A DNA stretch of 64,000 nucleotides from an uncultured Gammaproteobacteria bacterium (GTDB taxonomy: Bacteria; Patescibacteriota; Microgenomatia; UBA8517), in contig CAZAXL010000002.1 in NCBI GenBank assembly GCA_964489145.1, forward strand, positions 2,992 to 66,991, in the 5' to 3' direction. The translations under genes were made by a program, and so were the position numbers. Under the pieces are notes generated by a model. It did not search any database and was not told the DNA's origin. It worked only from the letters and a program-made list of their open reading frames with translations. This document shows positions 18,174-29,507 of the stretch, in pieces (the first letter of the stretch is position 1; each line of letters opens with the position of its first letter).

Positions 18174-21100
18174 ATGGAACAACTTGCTGATTTAAAAAAT
18201 TTAACAGATTTTAAGAGTCTACTTATCAGGCTTGCCTCTCCGGAGGAAATTCGTGCATGGTCCCGTGGTGAAATAACCAAGCCCGAGACTATCAATTATA
18301 GAACCCTAAAGCCCGAAAAGGATGGGCTTTTTGATGAGAGAATTTTTGGTCCTACAAAAGACTGGGAGTGCTACTGTGGTAAATACAAGAGGATCAGATA
18401 CAAAGGTGTAATTTGTGACAAATGCGGAGTTGAAGTTACGGAAAGCAGGGTCAGGCGTGAGAGAATGGGTCACATCACATTGGCAACTCCTGTTGCCCAT
18501 GTTTGGTTTTTCAAAGGCGCACCTTCAAAAATCTCCCTTCTTTTAGGAGTAGCCCCCCGCGGTGTTGAACAGGTAATTTACTTTGCCAGATATCTTGTTA
18601 CCGAAGTTGATGAGGAAAGCAGAAAAATTGCACTCAAAAATATTCAGGAAGCCAAGGAAGAAAATCTGACAAGCATTGCAGAAAACTTCAAGTCCAGGCG
18701 GGATGCCTTAAAAGTTGAGGAAAACGAAGCTAAAGAAAAAATTACCACAAAAATTAAAGATAAAGAACAAGCCTCTCTGGCTACGGCTGAAATTGAGCTT
18801 AATTTAAGGAAAAAGGAAGCCGCGGTAAATGAGGAAGAGAAAAATACAATTGGAAGAACGGGTGAACTTTTTGACAATCTTAATATTATAATCAAAGGAC
18901 TCCGTCCGTTGAGTATTTTGAGTGAAGAGGAATTTGATGAACTTTATGAGCACTCGGCAACAGACTTCTTTACGGCCAAAATGGGGGCAGATGCGGTACT
19001 TGAAGCAATTGGTAAGGTAAACTTGGAGGAAGTTTCAAAATCACTTCGTGAAGAAATCGGGTCAACCAAAGGCGGAAGCTCGAAATACATCAAAATTGTT
19101 AAAAGGCTAAAGCTTGTTGACGGCCTGAGACGCGCCAAAGTTAACCCGTCTTGGATGGTGATGAAAGTTTTGCCGGTTCTTCCTCCGGATTTGCGCCCCA
19201 TGGTACAACTTTCCGGTGGACGCTTTGCGACAAGCGATCTTAACGATCTTTACCGAAGAGTTATCAATAGAAATAACCGTCTCAAACATCTTATCGGGTT
19301 GGGAGCTCCTGAAATAATTCTCAGAAATGAAAAAAGAATGCTTCAGGAAGCGGTTGATTCCTTAATTGACGCGAGCCAAAGGAAAGCAACAAGAAAAAGC
19401 CGTGGGAGGCAACCCTTAAGATCTCTTTCAGACATGCTTCGTGGAAAACAGGGTAGGTTTAGACAAAACCTTTTAGGCAAGCGTGTTGATTATTCGGGAC
19501 GTTCAGTCATCATTGTCGGGCCTGAGCTTAAACTTACACAGTGCGGTCTTCCTAAAGACATGGCTCTTGAAATGTTTAAACCATTTGTCTTAAAGGAAAT
19601 GATTGCAAGAGGAATTGCACCTAATGTTAAAAGTGCAAAAAATATGCTTGACAGGCGTCCGCCGGAGGTTTTCGACATTTTGGAAGAAATTACAAAAGAT
19701 CATCCCGTTCTTTTGAATCGTGCGCCTACGCTTCATAAACTATCAATTCAGTCATTTTACCCTGTTCTTATTGAAGGAAGCGCTATTAGGCTTCATCCTG
19801 CAGTCTGTTCAGGGTTTAACGCAGACTTTGACGGAGATCAAATGGCGGTACACGTTCCTTTGTCAGAGAAAGCTGTTGAAGAGGCAAGAACATTAATGCT
19901 TCCGACTAATAATTTGCTTAAACCCAGCGACGGCGGACCCGCAGCAACCCCTTCCAGCAAGGAAATTGCCCTCGGAGCGTTTTATCTTACATCAATTGAC
20001 ACAAGACTTGAGACCTATCCGACAATTTTTGCCGACAAAGATGAAGCAATTTTTGTCCAACAGACAGGAAAAGTAGGAATAAGACAGCAAATTCGGATCA
20101 GACTTGGTAAAGAAATTGTTGAAACAACTGTCGGTAGGCTTCTTTTCAATGAAGTTTTGCCGGAGAATTTTGACTTTATTAATGAGTCCGTCACGTCATC
20201 CGTTATTAAATCTTTATTTGTCAAAGCCTACTCGACCGTGTCCCGGGAAAGGGTGACCCAGCTGGTGGACGATGTCAAAGATTTGGGCTTCTTTGGAGGG
20301 ACAATTTCCGGAATTTCATTTGGAATATTTGATGCAAAAGTTTATCCCAAAAAGGATGAAGTTTTGGAAGAAGCTGATAAAAAAGTGTCCGAAATTGAGG
20401 AAAACTTTAATCAAGGCCTTATCACAACTGAGGAAAAGAGACGTCTAACCCAGGAAGTTTGGATTGATGTTTCGGAAGATTTGGCCGATAAGACTTGGAA
20501 TGAAATGGAGCCCACAAACCCGATCCGTGTCGTAATTGACGCTAAGGTTGGACGTGCCAGCAGGGATCAGGTCAAGCAACTTTCAGCAATCCGCGGACTT
20601 GTTGTTGATCCTATGGGTAAGATTGTCGAATTGCCCATTAAGAGCAATTTTAAGGAAGGTCTTTCCGTGTTTGAATACGTAACTTCATCCCGCGGATCCA
20701 GAAAAGGATTAACCGACTCGGCTATTAAGACTGCAGACGCGGGTTACCTTACAAGAAGGCTTGTTGATGTTGCCCATGATCTTATTGTCAGACTTGATGA
20801 TTGTGGAACAAAAGACGGCTATGAAATCAAGAAAGGGATTAGATCTCAAGTTTTTGCAACTAGGCTTTTCGGCAGATTTGCCGCTAAGGATGTTGTCGCA
20901 AAAGATGGCAAAACCGTGATTGTACCGGCAGGGGAAATCATTGATGAGGCTGCCTCCAAGAAAATAGATGAATCCGGAGTAAATTCAGTTTTTGTCAGGT
21001 CTCCTTTGGTATGTCAGGCTAGACATGGAATTTGTGTTAAATGTTATGGATGGGATCTTGGAAGTAAGAGTATGGTTGAGGTTGGAACTCCAGTTGGAGT

Positions 21101-21896
21101 GGTTGCCGCTCAGTCAATAGGAGAACCCGGAACTCAACTTACCCTTAAAACGAAACACGCAGCCGGAGTTGTCGGCGCAATAGACGTTACCCAGGGTCTT
21201 CCCCGTGTTGAAGAACTTGTTGAGGCAAGACTTCCTAAAGTTGTTTCAGCTCTATCCGAGATCACGGGTAAAGCCCGCATATCGGAAACAGATGAAGGTT
21301 GGAAAGTTACAATAACTTCTAAGGGAACTCCCAAGGAAGAAAAAGAATACATTATTCCTAAGACATTGGAACTTGCCATTGAGGACGGAGAGATAGTCGA
21401 AGCAGGATCAGCTTTAGCTAAAGGAGCGCTGGATGTTAAGGATATACTTTCAATTAAAGGCCTTAGAGCTGCACAGGAATATATTGTTAATGAAATTCAA
21501 AAGGTTTACGAATCCCAGGGAATTCCAATTAACGACAAACATGTTGAGGTAATAGTTAGAAAAATGAGCGACGAGGTTAGAATTGTCACAACGGGGGATA
21601 CACCTTTCTTGCCGGGTGAACTTACCTCACGAGCCAGCTTTGATGGGGAAAATGAAAAAGTTTTGGCAGCCGGTGGAGAACCATCAAGTGCACAGCAAGT
21701 TATTTTGGGTATCACGAGACGCGCGCTTTATACCGATAGTTGGCTTTCTGCAGCCTCATTTGAACAGACAACCGACGTTCTGACCGAGGCATCTCTTCTG
21801 GGACGTGAGGACAATCTTGTAGGACTGAAAGAGAATGTTATTATAGGTAGGCTTATTCCGGTTACGCCGGAAAGGGCGCAAATGTCACAAGGATAA
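18174..21896 (+). CDS. rpoC: DNA-directed RNA polymerase subunit beta'
   Basis: 1240 aa with a zinc-binding CxxC...CxxC N-terminus and the [14 protein letters not shown] catalytic motif. Confidence 0.98.
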   Translation: MEQLADLKNLTDFKSLLIRLASPEEIRAWSRGEITKPETINYRTLKPEKDGLFDERIFGPTKDWECYCGKYKRIRYKGVICDKCGVEVTESRVRRERMGHITLATPVAHVWFFKGAPSKISLLLGVAPRGVEQVIYFARYLVTEVDEESRKIALKNIQEAKEENLTSIAENFKSRRDALKVEENEAKEKITTKIKDKEQASLATAEIELNLRKKEAAVNEEEKNTIGRTGELFDNLNIIIKGLRPLSILSEEEFDELYEHSATDFFTAKMGADAVLEAIGKVNLEEVSKSLREEIGSTKGGSSKYIKIVKRLKLVDGLRRAKVNPSWMVMKVLPVLPPDLRPMVQLSGGRFATSDLNDLYRRVINRNNRLKHLIGLGAPEIILRNEKRMLQEAVDSLIDASQRKATRKSRGRQPLRSLSDMLRGKQGRFRQNLLGKRVDYSGRSVIIVGPELKLTQCGLPKDMALEMFKPFVLKEMIARGIAPNVKSAKNMLDRRPPEVFDILEEITKDHPVLLNRAPTLHKLSIQSFYPVLIEGSAIRLHPAVCSGFNADFDGDQMAVHVPLSEKAVEEARTLMLPTNNLLKPSDGGPAATPSSKEIALGAFYLTSIDTRLETYPTIFADKDEAIFVQQTGKVGIRQQIRIRLGKEIVETTVGRLLFNEVLPENFDFINESVTSSVIKSLFVKAYSTVSRERVTQLVDDVKDLGFFGGTISGISFGIFDAKVYPKKDEVLEEADKKVSEIEENFNQGLITTEEKRRLTQEVWIDVSEDLADKTWNEMEPTNPIRVVIDAKVGRASRDQVKQLSAIRGLVVDPMGKIVELPIKSNFKEGLSVFEYVTSSRGSRKGLTDSAIKTADAGYLTRRLVDVAHDLIVRLDDCGTKDGYEIKKGIRSQVFATRLFGRFAAKDVVAKDGKTVIVPAGEIIDEAASKKIDESGVNSVFVRSPLVCQARHGICVKCYGWDLGSKSMVEVGTPVGVVAAQSIGEPGTQLTLKTKHAAGVVGAIDVTQGLPRVEELVEARLPKVVSALSEITGKARISETDEGWKVTITSKGTPKEEKEYIIPKTLELAIEDGEIVEAGSALAKGALDVKDILSIKGLRAAQEYIVNEIQKVYESQGIPINDKHVEVIVRKMSDEVRIVTTGDTPFLPGELTSRASFDGENEKVLAAGGEPSSAQQVILGITRRALYTDSWLSAASFEQTTDVLTEASLLGREDNLVGLKENVIIGRLIPVTPERAQMSQG

Positions 21897-21897
21897 A

Positions 21898-22320
21898 ATG
21901 CCAACAATTAATCAATTAGTCAGAATCGGTAGAAAGAGAATTGCTAAAAAGACCAAAACCACGGCTTTAAAGAGGTGGTTTAATGCAAAAAATAGAAAAT
22001 TTTCCGACAGTCATTCGGCTTTCAAAAGAGGTGTTGTTTTGGCGGTTCGTACAATGACGCCCAAAAAACCCAACTCTGCACTTCGTAAGGTCGCAAGGGT
22101 AAGGCTTTCAAACAAGCAGGAAATTACGGCTTATATTCCCGGAGAAGGACACGAACTTGCCGAGCATTCGATTGTTCTGGTTCGCGGCGGACGTGTGAAA
22201 GACCTTCCCGGTGTGAAATACCATGTCGTTAGAGGCAGGTATGATACAACCGGAGTCTCCGGAAGACAAAGCGGAAGAAGCAGGTATGGAACCAAAAAAG
22301 GACAGGGGGGAGCTAAATAA
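21898..22320 (+). CDS. rpsL: 30S ribosomal protein S12
   Basis: MPTINQLVR...[11 protein letters not shown] signature. Confidence 0.97.
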   Translation: MPTINQLVRIGRKRIAKKTKTTALKRWFNAKNRKFSDSHSAFKRGVVLAVRTMTPKKPNSALRKVARVRLSNKQEITAYIPGEGHELAEHSIVLVRGGRVKDLPGVKYHVVRGRYDTTGVSGRQSGRSRYGTKKGQGGAK

Positions 22321-22799
22321 TGGCAAGAAAAGGAGCAATTAAACCAAAAGTAATTCAGCCGGATCCATTTTATGGAAGCAGGCTTGTGACGAAACTTATC
22401 AATAGGAGTATGTATGACGGTAAAAAATCTGTTGCCAGACATGAAATTTACGAAGCCTTTGACATTATCAAAGAGAAAACCGGAGAAGATCCACTAAAAG
22501 TTTTCAACCAGGCAATTGAGAATATTAAACCAACAATGGAAGTCAGGCCAAGGAGAATTGGAGGAGCCGCATATCAAGTTCCCCAACCGGTTCGTGGAAT
22601 AAGGCGTGAGTCATTGGCAATCAGATGGTTAGTAATGGCTGCCAACTCAAAATCAAATTCAGAATTTCACACCTATAGTGCCAAACTTTCAACGGAAATA
22701 ATGGATGCCGCTAAAGGGGAAGGCGCGGCAGTCAAGAAGAGAACGGACATGGAAAGAGTTGCAGAAAGCAATAAAGCTTTTGCTCATTTTCGCTGGTAG
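22320..22799 (+). CDS. rpsG: 30S ribosomal protein S7
   Basis: S7 signature; its start overlaps the rpsL stop by 1 nt. Confidence 0.95.
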   Translation: MARKGAIKPKVIQPDPFYGSRLVTKLINRSMYDGKKSVARHEIYEAFDIIKEKTGEDPLKVFNQAIENIKPTMEVRPRRIGGAAYQVPQPVRGIRRESLAIRWLVMAANSKSNSEFHTYSAKLSTEIMDAAKGEGAAVKKRTDMERVAESNKAFAHFRW

Positions 22800-22851
22800 G
22801 TTAAAAAGTTCTTCTTTCCAAATAACCACTTAGCTAATAAACTATCTAACT

Positions 22852-25020
22852 ATGGCAGAAGTAACAAAGAAAAAGGCAGCAATAGTAGTTACGGCAACAA
22901 AAGACCGTAATGTTTCCTATGAGAAAATCAGAAATATCGGAATTATTGCCCATATTGACGCGGGTAAGACCACCACTACCGAAAGACTTCTTTTTGAAAC
23001 CGGGAGAACTTACAAACTGGGGTCCGTTGATGAAGGAACTACGGTTACCGATTGGATGGCTCAAGAGCGTGAGCGTGGAATCACAATTGTTTCTGCTGCA
23101 ATCACTGCATTTTGGGATATAAAGGATAATACTTCGGTTGAAGCGGGGCACTACAGAATTAATATTATTGACACCCCCGGCCATATTGATTTTACTGCCG
23201 AGGTAGAAAGGTCACTCAGAGTTTTGGACGGAGCCTTAATGGTCTTTGATGGTAGAACCGGAGTTGAATCCCAATCAGAAACTGTTTGGCGACAAGCCGA
23301 CAAATATCACGTTCCAAGAATTTGCGTTTTGAATAAATTGAACCTGATTGGAGCTAACTTTGATGAATCACTCAAATCAATCCGCGAAAGATTGGGAGCA
23401 AACGCGGCCCCGATAATTATCCCTATTGGTTTGGAGCATGAGCACAGAGGGGTTGTCGATCTTATTAAAATGAAAGCTTTTACCTATAAAGATGTTACCG
23501 ATCATGATCTTATCGAAGAGGAAATTCCGGCTGATCTTCTGGAGAGTGCCAAGAAGTATAGAAATGAACTTTTGGAAAGTGCAGCCGAATTTGATGACGA
23601 AGCGCTTAGCCTTTTCTTGGAAGGCAAAGAAATTGATGAAATAACTCTCAAAAGAGCAATCAGGAAAGGGGTTATCAGCGGTAAGTTTTTCCCTGTTTTT
23701 GGAGGGGATAATAGAACTGCCGAAAGTCAGCTTCTTCTTAACGGAATAGTTGAGTTTTTGCCTTCTCCACTCGATCTCCCTCCTGTTGAAGGAATTGATC
23801 CCAAAACCGGTGAAAAAGCAGCCCGTGAGAGAAAAAATGAGGCTCCATTTTCCGGCCTTGCGTTCAAAGTAATGACCGATCCACACGTAGGACGCCTTGT
23901 TTATGTCAGAATTTATTCGGGAACTCTTTCATCGGGACAGCAAGTCTATAATTCTTCAGAGCAAAAACCGGAGAGAATCGGAAAATTGGTTCTTCTTCAC
24001 GCCGATCAAAGAGAACTTATCGAGACTGCTTATGCCGGAGAAATAGTGGCTGTGGTAGGCATTAAAGATACAACGACAGGCAATACCATTTGTGATCCTT
24101 CCCATCCCATCGTTTTGGAATCTATTAATTTTCCCGAGCCAGTTATTTCTCTTGCAATAGAGCCTGCTACCAAATCCGATCAGGAAAAAATGGGCTTGGC
24201 ACTCTCCAAACTTTCAGATGAGGATCCGACGTTTAGAATCAAAAGCAATCCCGAAACCGGGCAAACTATTATTGCCGGAATGGGAGAGCTTCAGCTTGAA
24301 GTTTTGGTTGATAGGATGAAGAGAGAGTTTAATGTTATTGCAACAACTGGTGCCCCTCAGGTCGCCTATAAAGAAACAATCAAAAAGATTGGAACCGGAG
24401 AAGGAAAGTATATCAGGCAAACAGGAGGCCGCGGACAGTATGGACACGCTCTTATTAGGCTTGAACCAATGGGACGTGGTGAAGGATTTGAATATAAAAG
24501 TGAAATTAAGGGTGGTGCAATCCCCAATGAGTATATTGCCCCGATTGAAAAAGGTATTAAAGAAAAAATGGAAAATGGAGTCATGGCTGGATTTCCCATG
24601 GTTGACATGAGAGCTGTGGTTTATGACGGAAGCTATCATGAAGTTGACTCTTCCGAAATAGCATTTAAAATTGCCGGCTCAATGGCCCTGGAAGATGCTT
24701 TTAAAAACAGCAGTCCAATTCTTTTGGAACCCATTATGAAAGTTGAAGTTTCAACTCCGGATGAGTTTATGGGAGATGTTATTGGGGATCTTTCTAGTAA
24801 GCGTGCTCAAGTTGGGGGAACGGAAAAGAAAGGAATGATGACTGTGATCAATGCGATGGTTCCTTTGGCTGAACTTTCAGGTTATGCAACAAAACTGAGA
24901 TCCTTAACTCAGGGACGGGCCAGTTATTATATGGAGCCTTCTCATTATGAAGAAGTTCCAAAGAATATTAGTGATGCGATCATTGCAAAGTCTGGTAAGG
25001 TAGAAATGCCCAGGGGGTAA
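22852..25020 (+). CDS. fusA: Elongation factor G
   Basis: G-domain motifs AHIDAGKTT, DTPGH and NKLD; domains II-V present. Confidence 0.97.
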   Translation: MAEVTKKKAAIVVTATKDRNVSYEKIRNIGIIAHIDAGKTTTTERLLFETGRTYKLGSVDEGTTVTDWMAQERERGITIVSAAITAFWDIKDNTSVEAGHYRINIIDTPGHIDFTAEVERSLRVLDGALMVFDGRTGVESQSETVWRQADKYHVPRICVLNKLNLIGANFDESLKSIRERLGANAAPIIIPIGLEHEHRGVVDLIKMKAFTYKDVTDHDLIEEEIPADLLESAKKYRNELLESAAEFDDEALSLFLEGKEIDEITLKRAIRKGVISGKFFPVFGGDNRTAESQLLLNGIVEFLPSPLDLPPVEGIDPKTGEKAARERKNEAPFSGLAFKVMTDPHVGRLVYVRIYSGTLSSGQQVYNSSEQKPERIGKLVLLHADQRELIETAYAGEIVAVVGIKDTTTGNTICDPSHPIVLESINFPEPVISLAIEPATKSDQEKMGLALSKLSDEDPTFRIKSNPETGQTIIAGMGELQLEVLVDRMKREFNVIATTGAPQVAYKETIKKIGTGEGKYIRQTGGRGQYGHALIRLEPMGRGEGFEYKSEIKGGAIPNEYIAPIEKGIKEKMENGVMAGFPMVDMRAVVYDGSYHEVDSSEIAFKIAGSMALEDAFKNSSPILLEPIMKVEVSTPDEFMGDVIGDLSSKRAQVGGTEKKGMMTVINAMVPLAELSGYATKLRSLTQGRASYYMEPSHYEEVPKNISDAIIAKSGKVEMPRG

Positions 25021-25028
25021 AATGCTTG

Positions 25029-25058
25029 TTGACATAGCTTTTTAGCCTCAGTTATAAT
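25029..25058 (+). promoter_or_regulatory. Consensus promoter in the fusA-tuf spacer (TTGACA, 18-nt spacer, TATAAT)
   Basis: TTGACA at 25029-25034 and TATAAT at 25053-25058. Confidence 0.55.
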
Positions 25059-25067
25059 ACCAATCAA

Positions 25068-25095
25068 CGAGGGCTGTTTGCCCTTGTATTTTTTC
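25068..25095 (+). terminator. Intrinsic terminator/attenuator hairpin between the promoter and the tuf start
   Basis: CGAGGGC-tgttt-GCCCTTG stem followed by TATTTTTTC. Confidence 0.55.
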
Positions 25096-25119
25096 AAAGA
25101 AAATATATAATTAACAAAT

Positions 25120-26313
25120 ATGGCAGGCGAAGCTAAACAAAAATACGAAAGAACAAAACCGCATGTAAATATCGGTACCATTGGTCACGTTGATCATGGT
25201 AAAACCACTTTAACCTCCGCCATTACTATGGTTTTGGCCAAACAAGGTTTGGCAGTTGCCAAGAAATACGAAGATATTGATTCAGCTCCGGAAGAAAAAG
25301 AAAGAGGAGTTACGATTAACCTTTCTCATCAGGAATATCAAACAACAAAAAGGCATTATGCCCACATTGATGCTCCGGGCCATGCAGACTACATTAAAAA
25401 CATGATTACCGGTGCGGCTCAGATGGACGGAGCAATCTTGGTTGTTTCCGCAGCGGATGGACCAATGCCTCAAACACGTGAGCACGTAATTTTAGCCAAA
25501 CAGGTCAATGTTCCGGCAATTGTTGTATTCCTCAATAAAGTTGACATGGTAAGCGACCCCGAACTTATAGACTTGGTTGAAGCCGATGTCAGAGAACTTC
25601 TTAAGAAATACGGTTATCCAGGAGATGAAGTACCGGTTATCAAAGGTTCAGCTCTTAAGGCCATTGAAGGCGATGCGGATGCTGAAAAACAAATACAGGC
25701 TCTTATGGATGCGGTTGACACCTATATTCCTGATCCAGTCAGAGAAATCGACAAACCCTTCTTGATGGCGGTTGAGGATGTATTCACAATTCAAGGCCGC
25801 GGAACGGTTGTTACCGGTAGGGTTGACCGTGGAGTTATCAAAGTTAATGAAGAGATTGAAATAGTTGGACTTAAAGCCACCCAAAAATCAGTTGTAACTG
25901 GTCTTGAAATGTTCAGAAAGACCTTGGATGAGGCTCAAGCAGGAGATAATGTTGGTATACTTTTAAGGGGTATTGAAAAAGATCAGGTTGAACGAGGTCA
26001 AGTTTTGGCCAAGTCAGGAAGCCTTACTCCCCACACAGAATTTGAAGCTGAAGTTTATATTTTGAGCAAAGAAGAGGGTGGACGCCACACACCGTTCTTC
26101 ACAGGCTACAAGCCTCAATTCTACATTAAGACGGCAGACATTACAGGTGAAGCTACTCTTCCGGAAGGAATTGAAATGGTTATGCCTGGAGATAACGCCA
26201 AGATGAACGTTAAACTTATCCAACCCGTGGCTATGGAAGAAGGGTTTAGATTCGCAATCAGAGAGGGTGGACACACCGTAGGTGACGGAGTTATAACCAA
26301 GATAATCAAGTAA
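25120..26313 (+). CDS. tuf: Elongation factor Tu
   Basis: [19 protein letters not shown] and SALKA motifs. Confidence 0.98.
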   Translation: MAGEAKQKYERTKPHVNIGTIGHVDHGKTTLTSAITMVLAKQGLAVAKKYEDIDSAPEEKERGVTINLSHQEYQTTKRHYAHIDAPGHADYIKNMITGAAQMDGAILVVSAADGPMPQTREHVILAKQVNVPAIVVFLNKVDMVSDPELIDLVEADVRELLKKYGYPGDEVPVIKGSALKAIEGDADAEKQIQALMDAVDTYIPDPVREIDKPFLMAVEDVFTIQGRGTVVTGRVDRGVIKVNEEIEIVGLKATQKSVVTGLEMFRKTLDEAQAGDNVGILLRGIEKDQVERGQVLAKSGSLTPHTEFEAEVYILSKEEGGRHTPFFTGYKPQFYIKTADITGEATLPEGIEMVMPGDNAKMNVKLIQPVAMEEGFRFAIREGGHTVGDGVITKIIK

Positions 26314-26346
26314 TGCGCCAATGTGGCGTAAAGCACATTAACCTAA

Positions 26347-26652
26347 ATGGCAAGTAGACTCAGAGTAAAACTCAAAAGTTACGATCATAGAGTACTGGAC
26401 GAAGCGGCAGCAAAAATAGTTGATACCGCTCTAGCTACTGGTGCAAAAATAGTTGGTCCGATCCCACTCCCAACAGCACGTACTATGATGGCCATTAAGG
26501 AATCTCCATTTACAGATAAAGATGCACAGGAACACTACGAAGTTTTGGTGCACAAAAGACTTATTGATATTATTGACCCCCCAGCCCGTACAGTTGATTC
26601 TCTTGGAAATCTGGACTTACCTGCTGGTGTTAGCATCGAAATAAAGATGTAA
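26347..26652 (+). CDS. rpsJ: 30S ribosomal protein S10
   Basis: RLRVKLKSYDHRVLD...GPIPLPT signature. Confidence 0.96.
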   Translation: MASRLRVKLKSYDHRVLDEAAAKIVDTALATGAKIVGPIPLPTARTMMAIKESPFTDKDAQEHYEVLVHKRLIDIIDPPARTVDSLGNLDLPAGVSIEIKM

Positions 26653-26656
26653 CTCT

Positions 26657-27202
26657 ATGTCAGTTGAAATAACTTACTTCGTTCACGGAACCACATTTGA
26701 TAATGAAGCCGAGATTTCCTCTGGTTGGAAAGATGTTGATATTTCCCCAAAAGGAATTGAGCAATCAATTGCTCTTAAAGATCAAGTAAAAGACAAAAAG
26801 TTTGACGTTGTCTTTTGCTCAGATCTAAAAAGAGCCGTACATTCGGCAGAATTGAGCTTCAAAGATCAATTTCAAATAATTTCAGATCCACGTCTCAGAG
26901 AATGTAGTTATGGAGATTTTAATGGAAAACCATCAGAAATAGTCGAACCAATGCAGGAAACTCATATTTCAGATAAATTTCCCAATGGAGAAAGCTATGA
27001 AGATGTAAAAGCAAGGATTACTAATTTTCTTGAATTTCTAAAGAAAGACTATGATAACAAGCATGTTGCAATAGTCGCTCACAAAGGTCCTCAATTAGCC
27101 TTGGATGTTCTACTCCATGGCAAGACTTGGGAACAAGCCTTTGCTGAAGACTGGCGCAAAACTCACTCCTGGCAGCCGGGATGGCCTTATACTCTTAATT
27201 AA
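26657..27202 (+). CDS. Histidine phosphatase family protein (phosphoglycerate-mutase-like) with a variant VHG catalytic motif
   Basis: YFVHGTTFDN replaces the usual RHGxT motif; SDLKRAVHSA and AHKGP second-His motifs are present. Confidence 0.65.
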   Translation: MSVEITYFVHGTTFDNEAEISSGWKDVDISPKGIEQSIALKDQVKDKKFDVVFCSDLKRAVHSAELSFKDQFQIISDPRLRECSYGDFNGKPSEIVEPMQETHISDKFPNGESYEDVKARITNFLEFLKKDYDNKHVAIVAHKGPQLALDVLLHGKTWEQAFAEDWRKTHSWQPGWPYTLN

Positions 27203-28076
27203 ATTTAGTTCCCTTTACATTTACTTTGCACCAAAGGGGGCTATCTACAACAATTGATGCGCGCCAGAAATAATTAAACAGGTTAACGGGCATTAGAAAT
27301 TCAAAATACTTCAAATACTTTCTCAAAAATATCGCGATATTCCATATATTATTCGGAACCTTAATCTGTTTGTACACCTTGCCTTTTGCTTTAGTCAGAA
27401 TTTGAAAAATTTCCGCCAAGGTTAAATTTTCGGCCGCAATTGCAATTATTTTTGGTTTTTGAGGAGCAGATATTGAAGACTTAAGAATAAATTTTGCAGC
27501 CGTCTCGACATTAATGAGTGCAACCTTTCCTTGCCAATTTAGCCTTGAAAATATCGAATTATTGTCAACCAATTTCCGTAGGAAATTCAAAAAACTGTTT
27601 TTTCTGGGATTATCTCCCCACACAGTTGGAAGTCTAATGATAGTTAATTTAAATCCTTTTTCTTTTGAAGCTTTAAGAAGGATTTTTTCGGCTTCGAGTT
27701 TTGTTTTACCATAGGCATCGCTTACTGCCGGAATGGTTTTTTCGTCAATTGGTTTTTGGCAATTAGTTCTACCCGAAAAAATTGCCTGGGAACTGGTAAA
27801 AATAAAATGTGTTTTCGGACCAATTTTAGGCAAGTGATTAATCAGATTTTGGGTTCCAATGTTGTTGCATCTTTGGTCTCTGAGTGAGGTATCTGTTGCC
27901 GCTGCTAAATGAATAATTAAACGTGGGGTTTGAGGGATTTTGTCCAGATTCTTTCCGGTTACCAAATCATATTTTCCCAATTTTAGAAAAAATATTTTCT
28001 CACTTTTATATTTTTTTTGGATCAAAGGGATCAAATGACTTCCAATGAATCCATCTCCACCGGTGACAATTATCAT
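27195..28076 (-). CDS. NAD-dependent epimerase/dehydratase (extended SDR)
   Basis: N-terminal Rossmann motif (MIIVTGGDGFIGSHL) and a YxxxK-type catalytic region. It is the only minus-strand gene inside the ribosomal cluster. Confidence 0.8.
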   Translation of the reverse strand: MIIVTGGDGFIGSHLIPLIQKKYKSEKIFFLKLGKYDLVTGKNLDKIPQTPRLIIHLAAATDTSLRDQRCNNIGTQNLINHLPKIGPKTHFIFTSSQAIFSGRTNCQKPIDEKTIPAVSDAYGKTKLEAEKILLKASKEKGFKLTIIRLPTVWGDNPRKNSFLNFLRKLVDNNSIFSRLNWQGKVALINVETAAKFILKSSISAPQKPKIIAIAAENLTLAEIFQILTKAKGKVYKQIKVPNNIWNIAIFLRKYLKYFEFLMPVNLFNYFWRASIVVDSPLWCKVNVKGTKFN

Positions 28077-28108
28077 ATTTATCGTTCGAGTATATAATAC
28101 CTTTAATC

Positions 28109-29107
28109 ATGAGAAAACTCCCAAGATTAATGACTGCACATAAATGGTTTTTAATAACACTATTTTTGGCCGTGTTTTTGGTATATTTAAGGTTCAATCA
28201 AGGGGTGGTTCAACAAGATAATTATGTTGGATATGCCAAAATGTTTCCGGGCTCTGTCGGTAATATTTCTTTTTTTGAATCACGTCTTTTCCCCGGGCTG
28301 CCGTTACTAATTTATTTATTAACTTTTATTACAAATAATTATTTTATCTCAGGATATTTGATTACTTTGTTGTCCTTTGTTGGGTGTTACGTTGTTCTCC
28401 ATAAAATTACGAAATCCAAACTCTCTTTTTTACCACTGATTTTTCCTCCTATTATGTTAAATTTGGCATCTCTTATCGATACGGAATTTCCGTTTATTTT
28501 TTTGATAATCCTCGGATACTATTTATTGAAAAAAGAAAAACTTTTGCTGGCATTTTTAATAATCGGAATTTCTATATGGTTTAGATTGGCGGGTACCGCG
28601 GTGTTAGCGGGAATATTTATTTACTTCCTAATTATGAAGAGGTCAAAAGACTTTTTCTTAAACTTGCCATATTTTATTTTTCCGGTGGTCTTGCTTCTTG
28701 TCTATAATGCTCATTATTTCGGTTCAGAAAACCTCTTCTATCAACTCTTTACATATCAGGCACTTCATCCAGGAAGAATTAGTGTTGGTGTGGTCCAACT
28801 TGGTATGGATTTGATACGGGCTGTTAGGTGGCATTGGTATAGAATATTTATTTCGGGACTTTTCTACATAATATTTTTCTTGGTCTTGTGGGTTAAATCA
28901 ATTAAATTAAAAAGTCTGGAGTTTTGGATAATTACCGGAATTTACATTTTCACCCTGTCTATTAATTTAGTGCCTTTTTTGGAAAATTTTGGGCGATATT
29001 TGGCTCCGGCAATCCCATTTTTTTGGACCCTTTATTACAAAAGATTGGAAAGCATGAAATTATTATATCTATTGGTTCCACTGTCTCTTCTGGTGGTTCT
29101 TATCTAA
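28109..29107 (+). CDS. Polytopic membrane protein, possibly a GT-C-type glycosyltransferase-like protein
   Basis: 332 aa with ~9-10 predicted TM helices and aromatic-rich loops. No soluble domains. Confidence 0.5.
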   Translation: MRKLPRLMTAHKWFLITLFLAVFLVYLRFNQGVVQQDNYVGYAKMFPGSVGNISFFESRLFPGLPLLIYLLTFITNNYFISGYLITLLSFVGCYVVLHKITKSKLSFLPLIFPPIMLNLASLIDTEFPFIFLIILGYYLLKKEKLLLAFLIIGISIWFRLAGTAVLAGIFIYFLIMKRSKDFFLNLPYFIFPVVLLLVYNAHYFGSENLFYQLFTYQALHPGRISVGVVQLGMDLIRAVRWHWYRIFISGLFYIIFFLVLWVKSIKLKSLEFWIITGIYIFTLSINLVPFLENFGRYLAPAIPFFWTLYYKRLESMKLLYLLVPLSLLVVLI

Positions 29108-29153
29108 GTAGCATATTTATCCCGGTCTAAAAGTGGTGTAATCTAAATTAGGC

Positions 29154-29378
29154 ATGCCAGAAAGAAACCCTTCTTCTGTTGCGGTAGAGTTTATTCAAAG
29201 AATACTGGCATTTGATAGATACTGCGGAGACAATAGTAAAGTGGCGTTAACTGCATATTCTCTCTATCTTGAACGTCAAAAATCGGGAATTTCCGGTTCA
29301 GCTAAGGAGGATTGGGGAAAGGCTGAAGAAATAGTTACGGAGCAACTGACTAAAGAACTTACTTCCCAGCTTGCGTGA
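29154..29378 (+). CDS. Small hypothetical protein (74 aa)
   Basis: ORF only; helical and acidic. Confidence 0.35.
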   Translation: MPERNPSSVAVEFIQRILAFDRYCGDNSKVALTAYSLYLERQKSGISGSAKEDWGKAEEIVTEQLTKELTSQLA

Positions 29379-29399
29379 GATATAAACTTCTGCTATAAT
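29371..29399 (+). promoter_or_regulatory. Putative promoter for the rplC unit (TTGCGT, 17-nt spacer, TATAAT)
   Basis: TTGCGT at 29371-29376 and TATAAT at 29394-29399. Confidence 0.45.
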
Positions 29400-29475
29400 T
29401 CCGGCATAACATGATAGTGGTATTGAATAATATCAGCCACGATAATTAGAGTTTTTGAGGGAAGGCCCCCACCAC

Positions 29476-29507
29476 TGGCGCCTCTCAAAGGCGCTATTTT
29501 GTTGTTT
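29476..29507 (+). terminator. Intrinsic terminator/attenuator hairpin in the rplC leader
   Basis: TGGCGCC-tctcaaa-GGCGCTA stem followed by TTTTGTTGTTT, about 47 nt upstream of the rplC ATG. Confidence 0.5.
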
